From the NCBI GenBank assembly GCA_965237955.1, contig OZ250169.1:6720001-6784000 (forward strand): 64,000 bases of DNA, written 5' to 3'. Position numbers and translations under genes: made by a program. Source of the stretch: Candidatus Marinacidobacterales bacterium (GTDB lineage: Bacteria > Acidobacteriota > Vicinamibacteria > Marinacidobacterales > SMYC01). How positions within the stretch are numbered: position 1 is the first letter of the stretch; the number at the start of each line of letters is the position of its first letter. Below, piece after piece: positions 59,604 through 64,000 of the stretch. The notes below the pieces were generated by a model, which searched no databases, was not told where the DNA came from, and was given only the letters and a program-made list of their open reading frames with translations.

Positions 59604-62130
59604 TTAGCTCTCGATGGGTTCGGGACCCACGCACCCACGATCGTCTGCCGCAGCCAGGTTGCCATCGAGCACTTCGCGCACTTTCGTCGCCAGGGACTGT
59701 GGGGTGAACGGCTTGCGTATCAGCTGGGCATCCGATCGCAGCACGCCACGACTCGAGATCAACGTGTCGCTATAGCCCGACATGAACAAGATCCTGGTCT
59801 CGGGAGAGCGCTCGACTAATTTGCCCGCAAGCTCTTGACCATTCATCTTGGGCATGACGACGTCGGTCATCAACAAGTCGATCGGTAGGTTCTTGTGCTC
59901 GACGAGCTCGAGCGCTTCGACACCGTCTTTGGCAACGATCACATCGTATCCGCGCGCCGACAACACCTCACTAGACAAGCTCCGTACGCCGCAGTCGTCT
60001 TCAACGACGAGCACCGTCTCAGTGCCGTTGGTGACGGTAGTATCCCGGTCCTCGAGCTCGGTCGGTTCCTCATCCACGATCGGAAAATACATCCGGAACG
60101 TCGTACCCTGGCCGGGGTGACTGGCAACGTGAATGTATCCACCGCTTTGTTTGACGATCCCGTAGACCGTCGCCAGACCCAGCCCAGTGCCTTGGCCGAG
60201 CTCTTTGGTTGTGAAAAAAGGGTCGAAGATGTGAGAAAGGACGTTCTCATCCATTCCCGCACCGGTGTCCGCAACTTCGATGCGAACGTAGGAACCATCC
60301 GGTAGACTCGCATGGTCTCTGGCTGCGGCGTTCGCGGTCACGGTTTCCGTCCCGAGACAGAGCACGCCGCCCCTCGGCATCGCGTCGCTTGCGTTGATCA
60401 CAAGATTCATCACCACCTGTTCGATCTGGCCAGGGTCTGCAAGCACGTGTCCCGGCTCTCCAGGCGGCCGGGTCACGAACTGTATGTCTTCTCCAATCAG
60501 TCGGGACAGCATCGAGTGCATGTTGTGCACCAACGCGTTCACGTCCAAAACCTTTGGCTGAAGGACTTGGCGCCGACTGAACGCCAGAAGCTGCTGCGTC
60601 AAGGCTGAAGCTCGTTTCGAGGCAGATTCGACCTCTTCGAGTTTCTCGCGATCCTCCTCGTTCGGCTCACCTTCGGTGAGCACTAGCTGGGTGTAGCCGC
60701 CGATGATCGTCAACATGTTGTTGAAATCGTGTGCCACTCCCCCGGCCAGAAGTCCGACCGCCTCCATCTTCTGAGCCTGACGTAGTTGGAGCTCACTTCG
60801 ACTCAGCGCTTCTTCGGCTGCGTGGCGTTCGGTGATGTCTCGGGCTACGACGGCAATCGACAGCGGTGCGCCCGTTTGATCGTGGCGAACAATGAAGCTA
60901 TTGATATCCACCGGAATCGTGGTGCCGGTGCCGAAATGACGGAAGCGATACTCCCCGCTCCAGTGTCCTTCCGTCCACAGCGCGTGAAAAATACGCTGGT
61001 CGAGCTCTTTGCGATCAGCCTCGAGGACGTAGTCCGCGATGACCGTGTTCCGAGCGTGATCGAGTCCATCGAGCCCGACGATCGCGAGACCACAATCGTT
61101 CACGTACACCACTTTGCCGCCCAAATCCGCAAGCAAGATGAAGTCCGTGCTGTTGCCGACGAGTGCTGCCAGCCTCGCGTGCTCCGCGTCCGCTCTCCTC
61201 TCTGCAGTGATATCGGAGCTGTTGACCGTGAATCCGACGATCTCCTCTTTCATGTAAACCGGCCCCACACGCGATTCGAAGTACGCCTCTTCGCCGATCT
61301 TCGATTTGTACACGACATCGTAGCGTCCCTGACGGCCCGTCTCGAGTACGCCTCGGAAACATGCTTTGATTTCGTCGTGGAAACCGGGAGGAGCGAAATC
61401 GTAGACGGTTTTTCCTAGGACTTCCTCGAGGCTCAGGTCGGGGACAGTTCGATTGATGAACACGATGGTACCGTCGCGGTCCAGCCGCGTGATGTAGTCG
61501 GGAGAGCTATCGGTGACCGAGCGGAGAAGCTCTTCGGAGTCGCGGAGAGCCAGCTCCGTGTTCTCTACCCGTGCGATCTCTTTTTTAAGCGATCTTTTCC
61601 CGCTCCCGCGCCAGCGTCAGTGCCTGTTCGATGTTTCTCTCATAGAAGTGCATCACCATCGAGGCCCAGGCGAACAGTGCCGCTAGCGTCCCGAACGCGG
61701 CAATCGGCGTCGTCAAATCATCGCCGATGGGAAGGTTACCCGAGAGCTCGAGGCTCGTCGCCGCGAGACCGACGAACACGCTGGCCGCTGTAACCAGCAC
61801 CGAGGCGCGCGTGCCGAGCAGAAGCGAGGCGAGTAGAACAACGATGATGTAGCCCGAGGCGGCAGGCGTCGCGATGCCGCCATGAACCATCACCGTGACC
61901 GTGATGACACTCCAAAGCAGTACGCACAGAAGCCAACTCGCGGCACGCACCGCCCCCCGGTGCGCTTCGGTCCGAATCAGCAACAAGGAGCCGAGGACGG
62001 CCGCAACCGTCAGAATGCTTCGGAGCTCCAGGTCGCGCCCATACAGCGTAAACGTGCTCGCGACGGTCACACTGGCAAACGTCGCCCAGAAGGCGATGTC
62101 CAAAACCCGGAGTTTCTGGTTGAGAGGCAC
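59604..62130 (-). CDS. membrane hybrid histidine kinase (TM-PAS-PAS-HisKA-HATPase-REC), frameshifted near 61596
   Basis: AHDFNN, NASDAMP, GTGLGL and REC; removing one A joins the TM ORF 61585-62130 as RERERSLKKEIARVENTELALRDSEE. Confidence 0.88.
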
Positions 62131-62399
62131 CTACGGTCCCGATACGATGCAGCTAAGCTGATTTTGTAAGAATCGACAAAGTCAGAATAGCAACTGTGCT
62201 CCCAGGACACAAGCTCTATTCGAGCGTGTGCTGCGGCACACCTAGCATCTGCCCGGACCTGTGTGAACCCCTCCCGCCTTCGCTACTAGCTTCGGTGGGT
62301 CCGCCGCAGCCTGTGGCGAAGGGGGAGGGGCTGCGTGCACCGCGACGCTCAGGCGTCTTCCATATTCCGGCGAGCCTTCTCGATTAGCTCCGGTGTGAC

Positions 62400-62526
62400 T
62401 TCCGTGATGCCGTGCTCGCCAGCAGGTGCCGAGAGCCCGGAGAGCCTCGCCTTTCTCCAAGAGCACGGGTTCAACTACCTCGCGAACGCATGCATCATGC
62501 TCGAAAGCCGTCTCGCGACACGCTGA
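62400..62526 (+). pseudogene. possible C-terminal remnant of a CoA-binding protein
   Basis: GAESPESLAFLQEHGFNYLANACIM resembles the YccU-like C-terminus; the upstream part is degraded. Confidence 0.3.
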
Positions 62527-62581
62527 CAATTTGTCACCGCACTACCAAGAAGTGGTCTCGTCTCCCTGACAGAAATTGTCG
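62524..62581. promoter_or_regulatory. two candidate enhancer palindromes
   Basis: TGACAATTTGTCA (62524-62536) and TGACAGAAATTGTCG (62567-62581), 90-140 bp upstream of a sigma54-like box. Confidence 0.5.
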
Positions 62582-62667
62582 AACGCCGTTATACCGCGCC
62601 CTTGGCGGACGGCACACCGACAGAAATCGTCATCGCTCCTGATGGCATTCCCACGCAGTCAACCGAC

Positions 62668-62687
62668 TGGCACGTTTCGTGTAATAG
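62668..62687 (+). promoter_or_regulatory. sigma54-type promoter (GT variant)
   Basis: TGGCACGTTTCGTGTAATAG, same layout as 40301-40320. Confidence 0.55.
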
Positions 62688-62697
62688 CTCTTGCATT

Positions 62698-63893
62698 ATG
62701 GACAGCACGGCGTTGGCAATTTCGTTTCTCGAGTCTTTGCATCCCCGCCTACATCTCTTGCTCTATCTCTTGGCTTTCTGGCTTCTCTATCGCACGCGTA
62801 TCCTGCACGCGATCGTTGGCGCGGCGGACGTCGTGCTCGGCCGACGGCTGAGCAAAGGCCTGACCCTCGTGAGCGCACGATACGCCGAGGTCGTCGGCGA
62901 CTGGGCGCGCGCGGGTCAGCTGCACGAGGAGCTCTGCAACCCTCATCGCGCGATCGAGTGCTTCGAGCTCGCGGAAGACTACGAACGGTGCGCCGAGATC
63001 TGCCTCGCGCTAGGTCGTAACGACTACGCGGCCGAGTGGCTCGAGCTCGCGGGCGATCCGCGCCGTGCAGGCGATCTGTTCGACGAAGCATTCTTGTTCG
63101 ACAAGGCGGCGGGCGCGTATCTGAACGCGGGCGCCCATCTGCGCGCGGCGTCCGCCTTTGTCAGGAGCGGCGCCTACGCGCGCGCGGCCGAGCTCTATAG
63201 CGCGCACGGCGCATTCGAGCTCGCGGGCGAGGCGTTCGAGAACGCCGAGCAATTCGAGCAAGCGGCCGAGTGCTTCGAAAAGACCTTGCACGAAGCGGGC
63301 GATCTGCAGTCTTTGACGACAACGACCGCAGAGCGCGAATCGGCGGCGCGGGCCTCCTTGCGCGCCGCCGAGTGCTACAAGCGCGCCGGTAAACCCGCGC
63401 GAGCACTCGATGTTCTCGCCAAAGGCCAGCACCACGAGCTCGCCGCGAACGTCGCCGCGGGGACTATCGGGAGGCAGCACGGCTCTACCAAGACAGCGGC
63501 AACCGGAAAAAAGCAGCGGCCATGTACACGCTCGCGGGCGAGCCGCTCGCGGCGCTCCGCGTCGAGGCCGAGCACCACCTGGAAATGGGACGCCCCCGGG
63601 CCGGCGCCGAGTGTCTGCGACGAGCCGGCGACTCGGAGCGCGCGGCCGAAGTGTTTCAAAGCCTGGGCGAGATCCAGCGTGCCGCGGAATGCTTAGTCGA
63701 CGGCGGCGCGTTCGAGCGCGCCGGCGAGCTATTGCGGCGTCCGAGCTGCCAGACGAGGCCGCCTTCCGCTACCCGCTATCCGCTTCCCGGTCCGCTCACC
63801 GATGCTGCATCCGCCGATCCGCCGGCCTCACATCACACCGACATCGACGCAGCCGAACAAGGCACGACGCAAAGCAGACCGGAGAGCGGATAG
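62698..63893 (+). pseudogene. membrane-anchored alpha-solenoid (TPR/SNAP-like) repeat protein, frameshifted near 63460
   Basis: N-terminal TM, then ~13-aa repeats (AGD..RAAE.F); repeats continue in a second frame (GDYREAARLYQDSGNRKKAAAMY). Confidence 0.7.
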
Positions 63894-64000
63894 CGGACAG
63901 CTGGAGCGCGACGGGAAAGTGTTCGTCCAATGCGAGCGCGATGCGAACGGCGATCTCACGGTTCGCGTGGGTGGAAACGCCATTCAGGTCATGGATGGCC

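Overview
GC-rich bacterial chromosomal window; the gene content suggests Acidobacteriota (inference only). Housekeeping genes include ligA, lysA, a ygfZ-like gene, hsp20-lon, and ymdB-like-xseA-xseB-ispA-tlyA-nadK. Accessory modules: (i) a dedicated sortase system (VIT/vWA target, class GN sortase, two-component pair) whose sortase is split by a 127-bp MITE present in three near-identical copies; (ii) an HNH nuclease gene with a 20-bp palindrome upstream, inside and at its end, followed by a serine-recombinase remnant joined to a REP-like repeat; (iii) an operon of two apparent pseudo-enzymes (class V aminotransferase fold without the PLP lysine; PIN domain without its acidic residues); (iv) a sigma54-type operon of an 1101-aa membrane protein, pspA (split by ISL3) and a small ORF, divergent from an HK/NtrC-type pair; (v) a rearranged exopolysaccharide region with a 957-bp duplication, split wzc, a tRNA-Asn-like 3' fragment and IS5, IS256, IS3 and IS110 elements; (vi) hybrid kinase-PilB/GspE-HDOD genes and an alpha-solenoid repeat protein. 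Two families of short inverted repeat arrays recur. Several single-base indels or nonsense codons may be assembly errors rather than real pseudogenes. No rRNA, complete tRNA or CRISPR array was seen.
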